Shown: one piece after another, positions 55,501-64,000 of the stretch
Position numbering within the stretch: the first letter of the stretch is position 1
Layout of the letters: every line of letters starts with the position of its first letter
Source of the DNA: Euprymna scolopes
Taxonomy: Eukaryota
NCBI GenBank assembly: GCA_053919585.1
Contig: CM132790.1
Length of the DNA: 64,000 nt
Direction: 5' to 3' (one strand)
Translations under genes and position numbers: made by a program
Notes under the pieces: model-generated
Database searches by the model: none
What the model saw: the letters and a program-made list of their open reading frames with translations, nothing else
Told to the model about the DNA's origin: nothing

Positions 55501-58500
55501 TGAAATTAACGTATGCTTTGGCTTCCGTGGCAAAAACAGGTAAATTATAGGCTAGAAACGAAATAGATGTTTATGCATATAAACAGAGAGAAATGTGTGC
55601 AGAAACATAGGAATTGAAATATATACCTGGTGGTTGTGTGGTTGCACCAGGAGCTGGCGTTGTGAAAACTGGAGGTTTTATTGTTGACATAGAAGGTGGC
55701 GTTGGCATACCTTCAGCTGTCGTTGTGGCACCTGGTGCTGGTGTTGACCTTGCTGGTACTGATGTAGTTACACCTGGTCCTGGTGTTGAAATAGCTGAAA
55801 AATATTTTTATATTAAGCATATTAACAGTGATTCTTATTAGAAAAGTCAATTAATAGCTTATGCTGAAGTCATCTTAACAAGAAATTGAACCTCAGAGAA
55901 ATATGTAATTAGTGTCTCATGACTAAAATAGAAATCAAATGCAGGTGTAGAATATATGAATTTACAAAGTGAACGTATAGCTACATGTATCTGTATACTT
56001 CCTTAATATACTCCTAAATAAATATTTATTATTCATGTCTAATCCTTATTGTTAAAATCTGACAAAAATCACAGATATCCACATTTAAATAATGACATCC
56101 TTGCATTATTTTTTGCTTTTCACAAAATTCGATTGAACTAACGCTTAAATTCATTACAGAAACTTATGCCTTGCAACTTATTTCAAATTATATAATAATT
56201 AATTACTTAATAACGATTCATGGAAAATGCACAAATGTATACAGCATATGTATATGCATATGTAAATATCAATATCTATGCATATGAGAATCCAGAAGAT
56301 TTTGGAAATTCAACTTATAAATAGTTCAAAGGTATTTAGTTTGGTATATTAAAAAAAATATAAAGATAACACTGAAATGTAAATTAATGAGTTTAATATA
56401 TACATGGTTTATCAATATACACAGTTTGAAGTGTAAAGTTATTGCTCTCAGGAATTTCATTAGTATCTTTATATTACCCTCAAATATAAAAATCTGCTGT
56501 GATATATGCTAGGGAATATTGAAGAAAATTTAAAAAGAAATATATATTTAAATAGTCATCTAATTTAGTGTTCAATTTTTGTAAAATAAACGTAGTTATT
56601 TACAGTTCCACATAGCAACAAGCATATTCTTTTGATTTAATTTAGTGCAATTATTAAAAAAATGAATATTAATTTCTAAAATTGCAAAGTTAGATCCCTT
56701 TAGAGTTTATGAAATTAACATATACATTTGCATCAGTGGCAAAAACAGGTAAATTATAGGCAACAAACGAAATAGATGTTTAGGCATATACAGAGAGAGA
56801 CATGTGTGCAGAAACATAGGAATTGAAATATATACCTGGTGGTTGTGTGGTTGCACCAGGAGCTGACGTTGAGATACCTGGAGGTTGTGTTGTTACGCTA
56901 GGAGATGGTGGTGGAACACCTGCAGTTGTCCTTGTGGCACCTGGTGCTGGTGTTGACCTTGCTGGTACTGATGTAGTTACACCTGGTCCTGGTGTTGATA
57001 TAGCTGAAAGATATTTTTATATTAAGCATATTAACAGTGATTCTTATTAGAAAAGTGAATTGATGGCTTATGCTGAAGTGGTCTTCACAAGAAATTGAAA
57101 CTCAGAGAAACTTGTAATTAGTGTCTAATGACAAAAAAAGAAATCAAATGCAGGTGTAGAATATATGAATTTACAAATTGAAGGTATAGCTACTTGTGTC
57201 TGTGTACTTCCTTAAAATACTCCCAAATAAAATGAAATTTGGCAAACATTTATTATTGATGTCTAATCCTTATTGGTAAAATCTGACAAAAATCACAGAT
57301 ATCCAAATTTAAACAATGACATCCTTGCCTTTTCTTTTGTGCTTTACACAAAATTCGATTGAACTAACGGTTAAATTCATTGCAGAAACTTATGACTTGA
57401 AACTTATTTCAAATTATATAATGACTAATTTCTTAATAACGATTCATGGAAAATGCACAAATGTACACAGATGTATGCATATGTAAATATCAATATCTAT
57501 GCATATGAGAATCCATGAGATTTTGGAAATTCAACTTATAAATACTGCAAAAGTTTAAAGTTCGTTATATTAAAAAAAATATAACACTGAAATGTAAATT
57601 AATGTGTTTATATATATATATGGTTTATCAATATACACAGTTTGAAATTAAAAGCTGTTGCTCTGAGGAATTTCATTAGTATCTTTATATTACCCTCAAA
57701 TATAAAAATCTGCTGTGATACATCCTAGGAGATATTGAAGAAAATTTAAAAAAAATATATATTTAAATATTCATCTAATGTTGTGTTAAATTTTTATAAG
57801 ATAAACGTAGTTATTTTCACTTCTATATAGCAACAAGCATATTCTTTTGATTTAATTTAGTGAAATTATCCAAAAAATGAAGATAAATTTCTAAAATTGC
57901 AAAGTTAGATCCTTTTAGATTTTATGATATTAACGTATGCTTTGGCTTCCGTGGTAAAAACAGGTAAATTATAGGCTAGAAACGAAATAGATGTTTATGC
58001 ATATAAACAGAGAGAAATGTGTGCAGAAACATAGGAATTGAAATATATACCTGGTGGTTGTGTGGTTGCACCAGGAGCTGGCGTTGTGAAAACTGGAGGT
58101 TTTATTGTTGACATAGAAGGTGGCGTTGGCATACCTTCAGCTGTCGTTGTGGCACCTGGTGCTGGTGTTGACCTTGCTGGTACTGATGTAGTTACACCTG
58201 GTCCTGGTGTTGATATAGCTGAAAAATATTTTTATATTAAGCATATTAACAGTTATTCTTATTAGAAAAGTCAATTAATAGCTTATGCTGAACACTATCT
58301 AAGAACACTGCCGAATACATAAAGTGAATTTGTGTGAAATTTCATAAAAATCGATCCAGACACAGATAAAGTTGATTTTATATAATAGTAGAGAAACATA
58401 TATTTTATATATGTGATAATATTCAAGTAAATTAATTTTTGTTATATAAAATGCTTCTTTAATAATTACTAACGGTATCTTTATGGTGTTGTCCGAGATT

Positions 58501-61500
58501 TAGTTGCATTATTTTAACTTTTAGTTTGTTTGCAAATATCTAAATTGGAAGTAAACAGATTCTATTTAATTTTTCAATTTTAGAAAATACTTTTTCCGTT
58601 TCTTAATTCATATTTGCTATTGATAAGCTAACATTTTATATAATCATTTGTATGATCTGTATAAGTAAGTTTTCAAATAGCTATGTACGTTATTTTATTG
58701 CCCCGGACATGAAAAACAATAAGCATGAAAATTATCAATGAAAAGGTAAGTCAACATTTGCTTCATAAATTATAGTCGAGTCTGACTTTAAAAATCCGAC
58801 AATGCAACTTTATATATTGGATAAACCCAGAATGATTAAATTGAATCATCACATCTGCAAAAATCATTTGGATGGGAAATTAACATGGTTAACTGTTGTA
58901 GGGGCTTATCTGTTGGTCAATAATGGACTCTTCCTACTATAAAGACTGGGAGAATGTGCCTCTTGACGTTATAAACAACTGTTGTAGTGTACGCCTTATG
59001 GAGAAAAATAAACTCTTATTATAAAGACCGGAACATTAAACCTTTCAGTATTATGCACAAGTCATGCACACTTGGTAATCAGGCTGCTGATTACAAAAGT
59101 TTGAAATCTTTGCTTTTCCTATCAAAGTCGCACCAACAATTTTCCAGCAAGTTATGGACACTTTGTTGGAGGAACTTCATTTTTACGATCGCTTACTGAC
59201 ATGAAATCTTAATAAATAGTAAAAGTATTGAAACGCTGGAAACATGCCCAAAGTGTGTTTTCACAAATATGGGACTATGGGCTCAAAATAAAAATAAGAA
59301 GAATGTGATTTCTTCATGAAAGAACTCAAATATCTGGGTCATATCATAGATAAAGACGACAGGTGGCCAGATTCTGAATGGACCACTACAATTAAAGAGA
59401 TGTCATCTATTAAAAGGTTACGTCTATGAAGAGTTTCCTGAGATTAGAAAATTATTACCAAGCATTTATTCCACACAGTTCTCCATCTTTTACTGAAAAA
59501 CTTTATAAAAATAAGGGTTGGAAATTGACACTCATTGTTCAAGAATACATGTGAACTTTGATGGACCGTAAGAAGAGTTCTGCTATCTTATTATAGTAGA
59601 TAGTTACATAAAATTGCTAGAATGATTTAGATGTATGGAAAACATTACATAGGAAATGATAAACCTCTGGCATGAATTGTTGGTCTGATTTGGGGTTTGA
59701 TCAATGATTGATAACAGAACTCAATTAACGTTGACTGATTTTGAAGTGCTGTGTAACAATTTCCAAATAAAACACATTAGCACCTCTCTGTACCATCCCT
59801 GTTAAAACGGCCAGGCAAAGCGTTTTGATCGACACCCTAAAAAAACTCCTAAAACATTGCGGCACGCCTAGAGAAAAGGCCTTAAAGCAATTTTTATGAG
59901 TGTATAGGATGATACTAAGCACAAAGATAAATCTTCATTATATCCAGCAGAATTGGTGTTTGCTCGAAAAATGAAGATCAGTATTTTAAAAAATTGCTGC
60001 CTAAACAAAGCATGGGCGAACATCTAAAGTACCAAAGAATCAGTACATTCCAGGTGAAAAGATGTTTTTTAAGATATGTAAAACAATACATTCTTTTGAG
60101 TATATGTTACTATAGAAAAGAATATCGGAAATATAGTCTACATAATCTGAGGCTCTCAGTAATCAAATTAGAAAGCAGCTCTTAGATGAAACTTACAGTA
60201 CGTTACAGGAACATGTAGCAATAGATGCCATTTATGACACCTTAGACCTGGAAATATTTAAAACAGCCCCAGAAGAGCAACACTCCTAAAGAAAAACAAA
60301 AGTTGTTAGACCTTATCAGGATCAACCCAAAGAGAAAATGATACCGAGACTCCTGCAAAGTTAAGGTCTGGGAGGGAGGTTGTTGTAGTGCTCATCTTAC
60401 AAATAATAATGAATGCTTCCTATTACTATAAAGACGTGAAGAACTTACCTTACAGCGTTATGCACAAAGTACGCATACATGGCAGTTGGACTGATGTATA
60501 ACCATTCTTTTTATTTGTTTTATTTATTTTCCTGTTCAGTATATTTTGTTTCAAGTAAATCTAAAATTGTGTCTTTCTTTATGACCCTTCTTGTGTACAA
60601 CAATAACTGAATATGTTATGCTTAATCTTATGTCAAAGAGAATATCAGTATGTCACTGAAATGCAATGGGTAAACTTAGTCGCGATTGCTATATAATATG
60701 ATAAATTAAAGTAAATAATATTATGTTTGGCATATGATAACGATGAAAAGATAATTTTTTATTAGTATCGAACATTATTATGCAGCAAATACAATGTTTA
60801 AACGGAATTCTTCTATGGACATGCATAGAAAAGCATACAAATATACACAGACATATGCATATTTAAATATCAACATCTATGCATATACAAATATATGAGA
60901 ATTTGGAAATACAAGATATATACTGCAAAACCTTCAAACTTTTTTTATTTTTCAAATAACTTTTTTTATACTGCTTTTTCACCCTAAACGAGGCACAATA
61001 CCACTTGGGCCTAACGGGCTACTATGTAGGATCAAATTTGCAATGATACTAAATAGGGAGTTGAGCAGCAGAATGTCTGTTCATATTACATTTGAACTTC
61101 TGCATGTCATTACAGTCAGGATAGCAGGAACTCGAGAGGGAATTTCCAAATATAACCGTTTGGGAAAAGAAATTATTTGAGTAGAAGGCTTTTTAGCATC
61201 TATGAATGTTTATAGTTTAAGAGTGGGATTTTTCTGCTTGTTGGGTTAGTCAAGAGTATTTACATCGATTGCTAAATATGCTTGCAGTTTGCCAGAGCAT
61301 TTTCTATTAAAATACTTGTAAAATAGGCACATGGAGGCAATATTGAGGCAGTGGGACAGAGGTTAGAATTTGGTTGACAGTGCAGGACCTATTAGGTTGG
61401 CGACTCTATTTTGAACCCTGTATAGGAGTGAGAAAATAGTAGCAGATGTGACAACAATACTCCATGCATAAGCGAATGGTGGCCTTGTAGAAGTACAGGA

Positions 61501-64000
61501 TACTCTCGGACATGAGTAATTTTCTAGCATGATAGAGAGAGCTCATCTTCTTCCCAGCAGCTTGGCAATGCCCTCAATATATGTGCTCTAATTCATGTTC
61601 CCTGTGAACATTTAACCAAGGAATTTGAATGAAAAGATTTCAGGTAGCGCATCATTAGTCATGGCTATAAGTGGCTGAAAAGATTTCTTGTAATTATTAA
61701 AGGAAATAAGCTTAGTCTTAGCAGCATTGAATGTTACCATCCATTTATGACTTTGGTCCACCACAGACTGGATGGCTTCCTCTTAAGTTTCAGCCATTTC
61801 CTTAGATATGTGTACATTTGTTTTCCCGTCATGTCTGTTACAGAGCATGGTGTCATCAGCAAATATGGAAATCTCAGAGAAATATGGCATCCCTGTGCCT
61901 GTTTTACAAGTACTTTAATGGAAAGTGTTCAGACAGACTCAAATTACTGGGTCTCCTCAGCATAAATGCCTGCGACAAACCCAACTGGAAATTCAACTTA
62001 TAAATAGTGCAACAAACAGCAAAATCCCACCCCAACATTGTAAAGATTCCTAGATGCCAGAACTCCTTCTACTCAAATAGCTTCTTTCAAACTGCTAGAC
62101 TTATTTCCCTCCCAGGCCCCTGCTTCCCTGACTCTATTGATATGTAGAAGTTCAAGTGTAATGTGAATAGACATTTCGCTACCCAACTCCCTACAGTGTG
62201 TCCGTGCAAATTTCGTCCCAAATAGTAGCCCCTTATGTCTTAGTGGTACTGTGCATATTTGGGGTGAAAAATCAGATAAAAAAGGTTAGTTTCACATAGT
62301 GCTAAGATACCTGGGAAATTCGCTAGGAGAAATGATTCTACATAGTTTAAGTTTAAATAATTTCAACTGTTACCCTGAAAAAATACTGAATCAATATGCA
62401 CAGTTAAATGTTTTAGGTTATTGCTTTCATAAAATTACTTAGTATTTTGTACCATCTTCAAATATAATAAAAGTGAAGTGATTATATGCAAGAGAATGTT
62501 GGAGCAAACTTCAGAAATAATTAAATTTTAATATTTGTTAAAATTTGCGTTTAATTTTAAAAAAAGGTAATGTAGTAATATTCATTCTGACGTGACAGAT
62601 TTGTTTTGACAATTAGGAATTTACATTGAAATTGAAGAAATAATGCACACTTGCATCGTTGACTTATTGTGTCAAAATAATAAAGAGTCATATAGGTAGG
62701 GACTCTTGCATGCCACACATTTTAAAGCCTTTTACCTGTATTTTTTGTTCAAAAGGAGACACAAAAAATCCAGGCAGTGCTGTTTTAATCTCAAAATGTA
62801 AGCGACTCCAGTTGATGGAGAGTGATAGTTCTGGGCCAGATAGTGGTTAGATATTTCAAATGGGAAAATCAGGATTTGAAAGAAAAATATTTCAATCACT
62901 TGGGCTTAAATATGATACTCCGTTCTCTCCCTCCCTCTTTCTATCTTTCTCTATCTCGGTCGTGTTTTGCCTAAAAGTGAAGAATTGTAAATTAGTTAGC
63001 GTTTAGATGCACCTCGTGATGGTGTGGTCACTAGCTAAGCACAAAGTTCGAGCTCAGAGTAAATAATCGTTCTTACATGCTTAAAAAAATTTCTAAATAT
63101 ATAAGAAAATGTATGTTGCTCATTTTATATAGCATTTGATGACAGAAGATTTGGCATTTTAGAAATAACGAAAACAGAGACCTCAGAAAAATCCCAACAA
63201 AACGCAGGTGGCATAATGTAAATGATTTTGATTAAAGATGATGTGCCTATCAACTTTAAGTGATAAATGTAGGGAGCTGGGCGTAACATCAGTAGAAATA
63301 TCAAGAACATACCAAGCTTACCCTCCAGCAGCAAACTATCGGGTTATATTGGGCTGATAATACTCTGCATTTTAAATCCAACACAATGAGGGATTTGTGT
63401 TTAATAAAGGAAACGTTATTACTCACTTGTTTCTTTGATACAAAGTTTAACAGAAGTTTTCACTACAACAGGAAACTGAGGATTTCTAGGAATAATTGTA
63501 ATTCTCAGTACTGTTTCATCTGTACCAGCTGGAATGTTGACAGGTTTGTTATAATTTGCTGTGACCTTAGTTGGTGTAGGTATTAATCTTGCTGGAGTAG
63601 TTTCTGCCAGAGGTACACCTGTAGTCACTTTCTGTAGAAAACACAGTAATAATGTACAATTATAAGAAGTCAATATAAAATATAAAGTAAAACACAGGTG
63701 ACGATGTAAAATAGCGTTTACTTTCGGTTTCAATCAGCCAAGTGAAATACACGTTTGACGTGACATTGAGTAAACTAAAAAACAATAAGGTAACAGAATT
63801 TTTCATGCCATACTTGCGTTAAACTAAGAACGTAATAAATGTGCTATGTACGTTAGGAGATGTAAAAATTTACCTGTGTAGTTGTCAGAAATTCAACAAG
63901 GTATTTTTGAACATTATCTGTATCGATAAGCTGAATTACACCGCCACCTGTCATCGAATCTCCAACCGTGATTGTGACCACTCTGTCTTGTTGTGTATAT
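1327..64000 (-). CDS. Internal part of a giant spliced mucin-like repeat protein gene (PTS-rich exons alternating with a ~150-aa Cys-bounded, discoidin/F5/8C-like module); runs off both window ends
   Basis: Manually spliced GT-AG exons per unit in transcript order A(168 nt, phase 1-1)[-E(168)-A(168)]-B(126, 1-1)-C(245, 1-0)-D(205, 0-1). Unit coding length is 744 or 1080 nt, both multiples of 3. No stops, and no exon indels seen although introns have many. Confidence 0.88.
1774..2018 (-). CDS. Exon C unit 1 (TCTLLEGMDDDIVLPDSAIT...IRPSGTGW...NVQKYLVEFLTTTQ), N-terminal half of globular module
   Basis: Acceptor ctttcctcatAG, donor cag|GTaaat, 245 nt, phase 1-0. Confidence 0.88.
2190..2420 (-). 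pseudogene. Relic of a deleted PTS exon plus its downstream intron segment (present in each complete unit)
   Basis: aatatatata-tggtggttgtgtggttg matches the exon A/E end aatatatacc-tggtggttgtgtggttg with the donor lost; flanking 2190-2390 resembles 2710-2915. Confidence 0.7.
2920..3045 (-). CDS. PTS exon B unit 1 (ISTPGPGVTTSVPARSTPAPGATTTTAGVPPPSPTVTTQPP)
   Basis: Acceptor ttttgcAG, donor ccag|GTatat, 126 nt, phase 1-1, GC-richer than flanks. Confidence 0.87.
4155..4322 (-). CDS. PTS exon A unit 1 (ISTPGPGVTTSVPARSTPAPGATTTAEGMPTPPSMSTIKPPVFTTPAPGATTQPP)
   Basis: Acceptor tttttcAG, donor ccag|GTatat, 168 nt, phase 1-1. Confidence 0.87.
4998..6705 (+). mobile_element. Degenerate, internally deleted Ty3/Gypsy LTR retrotransposon (unit 1)
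   Basis: TGTTGTA...TACAACA termini; flanks ttaac/ataac (5-bp TSD, 1 mismatch); PPT gggagggagg at 6473-6482 before the 3' LTR (6484-6705); RT relic CDFFMKELKYLGHIIDKD and SFLRLENYYQAFI; integrase relic YLIIVDSY, DNRTQL, HISTSLYHPC*NGQAKRF. Confidence 0.88.
7064..7918 (-). mobile_element. 5'-truncated degenerate CR1-like LINE (unit 1; 5' limit approximate)
   Basis: Minus-strand relics KWMVTFNA, LYFYKATIRLCMEYCCHIW, PLSHCLNIASMCLFYKYFNRKCS, SCYPDCNDMQKFKCN match the C-terminus of the intact 971-aa ORF; 3' UTR and A-tail at 7064-7070. Confidence 0.88.
7990..8400 (+). mobile_element. Short 3' fragment of CR1-like LINE, opposite orientation to 7064-7918 (5' limit approximate)
   Basis: RNMASLCLFYKYFNGKCSDRL, FYSNSFFQTARL, KFKCNVNRH; 3' UTR tagtagcccc...ggggtgaaaaatcagataaaaaa matches the reverse complement of the minus copy's UTR. 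Confidence 0.85.
9544..9748 (-). CDS. Exon D unit 2
   Basis: Copy of exon D, splice sites intact (PVVVK variant). Confidence 0.87.
9991..10235 (-). CDS. Exon C unit 2
   Basis: Copy of exon C, splice sites intact. Confidence 0.87.
11132..11257 (-). CDS. PTS exon B unit 2
   Basis: Copy of exon B. Confidence 0.86.
12368..12535 (-). CDS. PTS exon A unit 2
   Basis: Copy of exon A. Confidence 0.86.
13211..14919 (+). mobile_element. Gypsy LTR relic, unit 2 copy
   Basis: Copy of 4998-6705. Confidence 0.86.
15278..16132 (-). mobile_element. CR1-like LINE relic, unit 2 copy
   Basis: Copy of 7064-7918. Confidence 0.85.
16204..16614 (+). mobile_element. Plus-strand LINE 3' fragment copy
   Basis: Copy of 7990-8400. 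Confidence 0.82.
17758..17962 (-). CDS. Exon D unit 3
   Basis: Copy of exon D. Confidence 0.87.
18205..18449 (-). CDS. Exon C unit 3
   Basis: Copy of exon C. Confidence 0.87.
19351..19476 (-). CDS. PTS exon B unit 3
   Basis: Copy of exon B. Confidence 0.86.
20587..20754 (-). CDS. PTS exon A (second in transcript order) unit 3
   Basis: Copy of exon A. Confidence 0.86.
21796..21963 (-). CDS. PTS exon E unit 3 (ISTPGPGVTTSVPARSTPAPGATRTTAGVPPPSPSVTTQPPGISTSAPGATTQPP)
   Basis: Acceptor tctttcAG, donor ccag|GTatat, 168 nt, phase 1-1; only in long units. Confidence 0.86.
23011..23178 (-). CDS. PTS exon A (first in transcript order) unit 3
   Basis: Copy of exon A. Confidence 0.86.
23854..25544 (+). 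mobile_element. Gypsy LTR relic, unit 3 copy (18-bp deletion in 3' LTR)
   Basis: Copy of 4998-6705. Confidence 0.86.
25903..26757 (-). mobile_element. CR1-like LINE relic, unit 3 copy
   Basis: Copy of 7064-7918. Confidence 0.85.
26829..27239 (+). mobile_element. Plus-strand LINE 3' fragment copy
   Basis: Copy of 7990-8400. Confidence 0.82.
28382..28586 (-). CDS. Exon D unit 4
   Basis: Copy of exon D. Confidence 0.87.
28829..29073 (-). CDS. Exon C unit 4
   Basis: Copy of exon C. Confidence 0.87.
29972..30097 (-). CDS. PTS exon B unit 4
   Basis: Copy of exon B. Confidence 0.86.
31209..31376 (-). CDS. PTS exon A unit 4
   Basis: Copy of exon A. Confidence 0.86.
32223..35383 (-). mobile_element. 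Young, apparently intact single-ORF CR1-like LINE inserted in the E-A intron of unit 4 only
   Basis: 3158 extra bp relative to the empty site gatttaattt|agtgc in units 3, 5 and 6. Poly(A) tail (T19 at 32223-32241), ~120-nt 3' UTR, ~90-nt 5' leader. Confidence 0.95.
32364..35279 (-). CDS. LINE polyprotein: apurinic-like endonuclease + reverse transcriptase (CR1/Jockey-group non-LTR retrotransposon), intact 971 aa
   Basis: APE motifs SNIRGL, LSET, GDFN, LDLFLT, SDH. RT motifs KATGPDGI, YRPISLL, QYGFR, LDISKAFDRV, GVPQGSILGP, YADD, LLG. C-terminal RPRMEYCCHIW and FFLRTARLWN. Confidence 0.96.
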   Translation of the reverse strand: MTSFKKKYTIKPGSPTSNVDPYYHVSFSNIRGLRSNLPEVETQLQETKPDLLFLSETGIGQAISLDEFAITGYSNLTSKSDPQDCHGHGICAYIKDSFPCGRDISREDPNLPYMCFWVALAHTTAFIFTLYRPHNSGVTIFQNISEKIDQVLSTYPSANIHVCGDFNVHNVEWLTHSNKTDDEGRFCHDFSIAYDLTQIVQEPTRVPDNDGQYASLLDLFLTTCPELCSVSVLSPLGSSDHSVVSIKIKMKCNKSPDVPLHRTVYRYTKADWDSFRTFISDLPLHSMFKKDVSSIVLDLTEWLIVGIDHFIPSKKFQQKPNSQPWFSPECAAAIAHRNHFFHCFKRNRCMETKAVFRTASNHCKKVIRNARELYAQSVKSKVAEQRLGSHQFWQIANRILNRSVCSIPTIINGPEVISSASDKAKLFVKNFAANSTLCDQDRQPPIFPPVSENTLCDIRISVRDVAKLIKNLDSSKATGPDGIPIIVLKKLQPELAPILTKLFKRCLKENSFPSPWKISSVCPVFKNSGDRSSPSQYRPISLLCVMSKLLESVLNTEVIKHLNKNNLLSDTQYGFRSARSTADVLTVISHRISKSLDGGNLSRAIALDISKAFDRVWHKVLLHKIASYGIAGKVFSIIKSFLSDRFIRVVVEGQKSEAHSINAGVPQGSILGPTLFLIYINDLPNHILTSFVDIYADDTTIYGTTSKTVNEQVLSNSLSSDLEHVVQWGKEWLVTFNASKTKLLSLHHQHFNPHLSSIEMNGSRLQEASSFDKLLGLTITPDLKWNTYIKFVAKAAGKMVGSFYRSSRYLTADAILYLYKSQVRPRMEYCCHIWAGAARKDLSCLDRVQNRLRSLVGDVLFSSLQPLSHRRDVASLSLMYRYFHGKCSTELQSMVPPRQTFTRNTRLAVNTINNFPHSLSVPKPKHRFHEQSFFLRTARLWNCLPFSCFPADYNMVVFKSKVNKFLMSRSI
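35576..35743 (-). CDS. PTS exon E unit 4 (immediately upstream of intact LINE in transcript direction)
   Basis: Copy of exon E. Confidence 0.86.
36791..36958 (-). CDS. PTS exon A unit 4
   Basis: Copy of exon A. Confidence 0.86.
37634..39324 (+). mobile_element. Gypsy LTR relic, unit 4 copy (18-bp deletion in 3' LTR)
   Basis: Copy of 4998-6705. Confidence 0.86.
39683..40537 (-). mobile_element. CR1-like LINE relic, unit 4 copy
   Basis: Copy of 7064-7918. Confidence 0.85.
40609..41019 (+). mobile_element. Plus-strand LINE 3' fragment copy
   Basis: Copy of 7990-8400. Confidence 0.82.
42163..42367 (-). CDS. Exon D unit 5
   Basis: Copy of exon D. Confidence 0.87.
42610..42854 (-). CDS. Exon C unit 5
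   Basis: Copy of exon C. Confidence 0.87.
43752..43877 (-). CDS. PTS exon B unit 5
   Basis: Copy of exon B, one synonymous change (GCC>GCT Ala). Confidence 0.86.
44988..45155 (-). CDS. PTS exon A unit 5
   Basis: Copy of exon A. Confidence 0.86.
46199..46366 (-). CDS. PTS exon E unit 5
   Basis: Copy of exon E. Confidence 0.86.
47414..47581 (-). CDS. PTS exon A unit 5
   Basis: Copy of exon A. Confidence 0.86.
48256..49964 (+). mobile_element. Gypsy LTR relic, unit 5 copy
   Basis: Copy of 4998-6705. Confidence 0.86.
50323..51177 (-). mobile_element. CR1-like LINE relic, unit 5 copy
   Basis: Copy of 7064-7918. Confidence 0.85.
51249..51659 (+). mobile_element. Plus-strand LINE 3' fragment copy
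   Basis: Copy of 7990-8400. Confidence 0.82.
52803..53007 (-). CDS. Exon D unit 6
   Basis: Copy of exon D. Confidence 0.87.
53250..53494 (-). CDS. Exon C unit 6
   Basis: Copy of exon C. Confidence 0.87.
54391..54516 (-). CDS. PTS exon B unit 6
   Basis: Copy of exon B, with E-type acceptor (tctttcAG). Confidence 0.86.
55627..55794 (-). CDS. PTS exon A unit 6
   Basis: Copy of exon A, synonymous ATA>ATT Ile. Confidence 0.86.
56836..57003 (-). CDS. PTS exon E unit 6
   Basis: Copy of exon E. Confidence 0.86.
58051..58218 (-). CDS. PTS exon A unit 6
   Basis: Copy of exon A. Confidence 0.86.
58894..60602 (+). mobile_element. Gypsy LTR relic, unit 6 copy
   Basis: Copy of 4998-6705. Confidence 0.86.
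60961..61801 (-). mobile_element. CR1-like LINE relic, unit 6 copy (14-bp deletion near 61445)
   Basis: Copy of 7064-7918. Confidence 0.85.
61873..62283 (+). mobile_element. Plus-strand LINE 3' fragment copy
   Basis: Copy of 7990-8400. Confidence 0.82.
63427..63631 (-). CDS. Exon D unit 7
   Basis: Copy of exon D. Confidence 0.87.
63874..64000 (-). CDS. Exon C unit 7 (partial, cut by window edge)
   Basis: 3' half of exon C with intact donor. Confidence 0.85.

Larger units (their letters stand above)
1..64000. repeat. Tandem macro-array of 8.2/10.6-kb near-identical genic units (6 complete + 1 partial)
   Basis: Sequence atttccctcccaggcccc recurs at 1, 8220, 16434, 27059, 40839, 51479, 62103; the ORF track repeats with the same periodicity. 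Confidence 0.98.

Noticed and set aside
1-64000. Whole array as an assembly artefact
   Set aside because: Units differ by consistent SNPs, indels, sub-repeat number and a unique LINE insertion; exact copy number still needs read support.

Overview
AT-rich, intron-containing animal genomic DNA. The whole window is a head-to-tail array of near-identical units starting at about 1, 8220, 16434, 27059, 40839, 51479 and 62103 (unit lengths 8.2, 8.2, 10.6, 13.8, 10.6 and 10.6 kb, then a partial unit). The array is the interior of one large minus-strand spliced gene that the ORF track largely misses. 33 complete GT-AG exons plus 1 partial exon splice into an uninterrupted frame of about 2,050 aa, with no start or stop in the window. 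Each unit encodes 2 or 4 phase-1/phase-1 Pro/Thr/Ser-rich mucin-like exons built from 14-aa sub-repeats. These are followed by a ~150-aa Cys-bounded globular module split over two exons, which resembles a divergent F5/8-type C (discoidin) domain (inference). The long intron of every unit carries the same co-amplified TE fossils: an internally deleted Gypsy LTR element and two inverted CR1-like LINE 3' fragments. Unit 4 alone has a young intact APE-RT LINE (971 aa) inserted in the host's sense orientation. Its 5' end looks like a splice acceptor that would fuse the LINE ORF in frame to the upstream mucin exon. An invertebrate origin (possibly mollusc) is plausible but cannot be established from the sequence.
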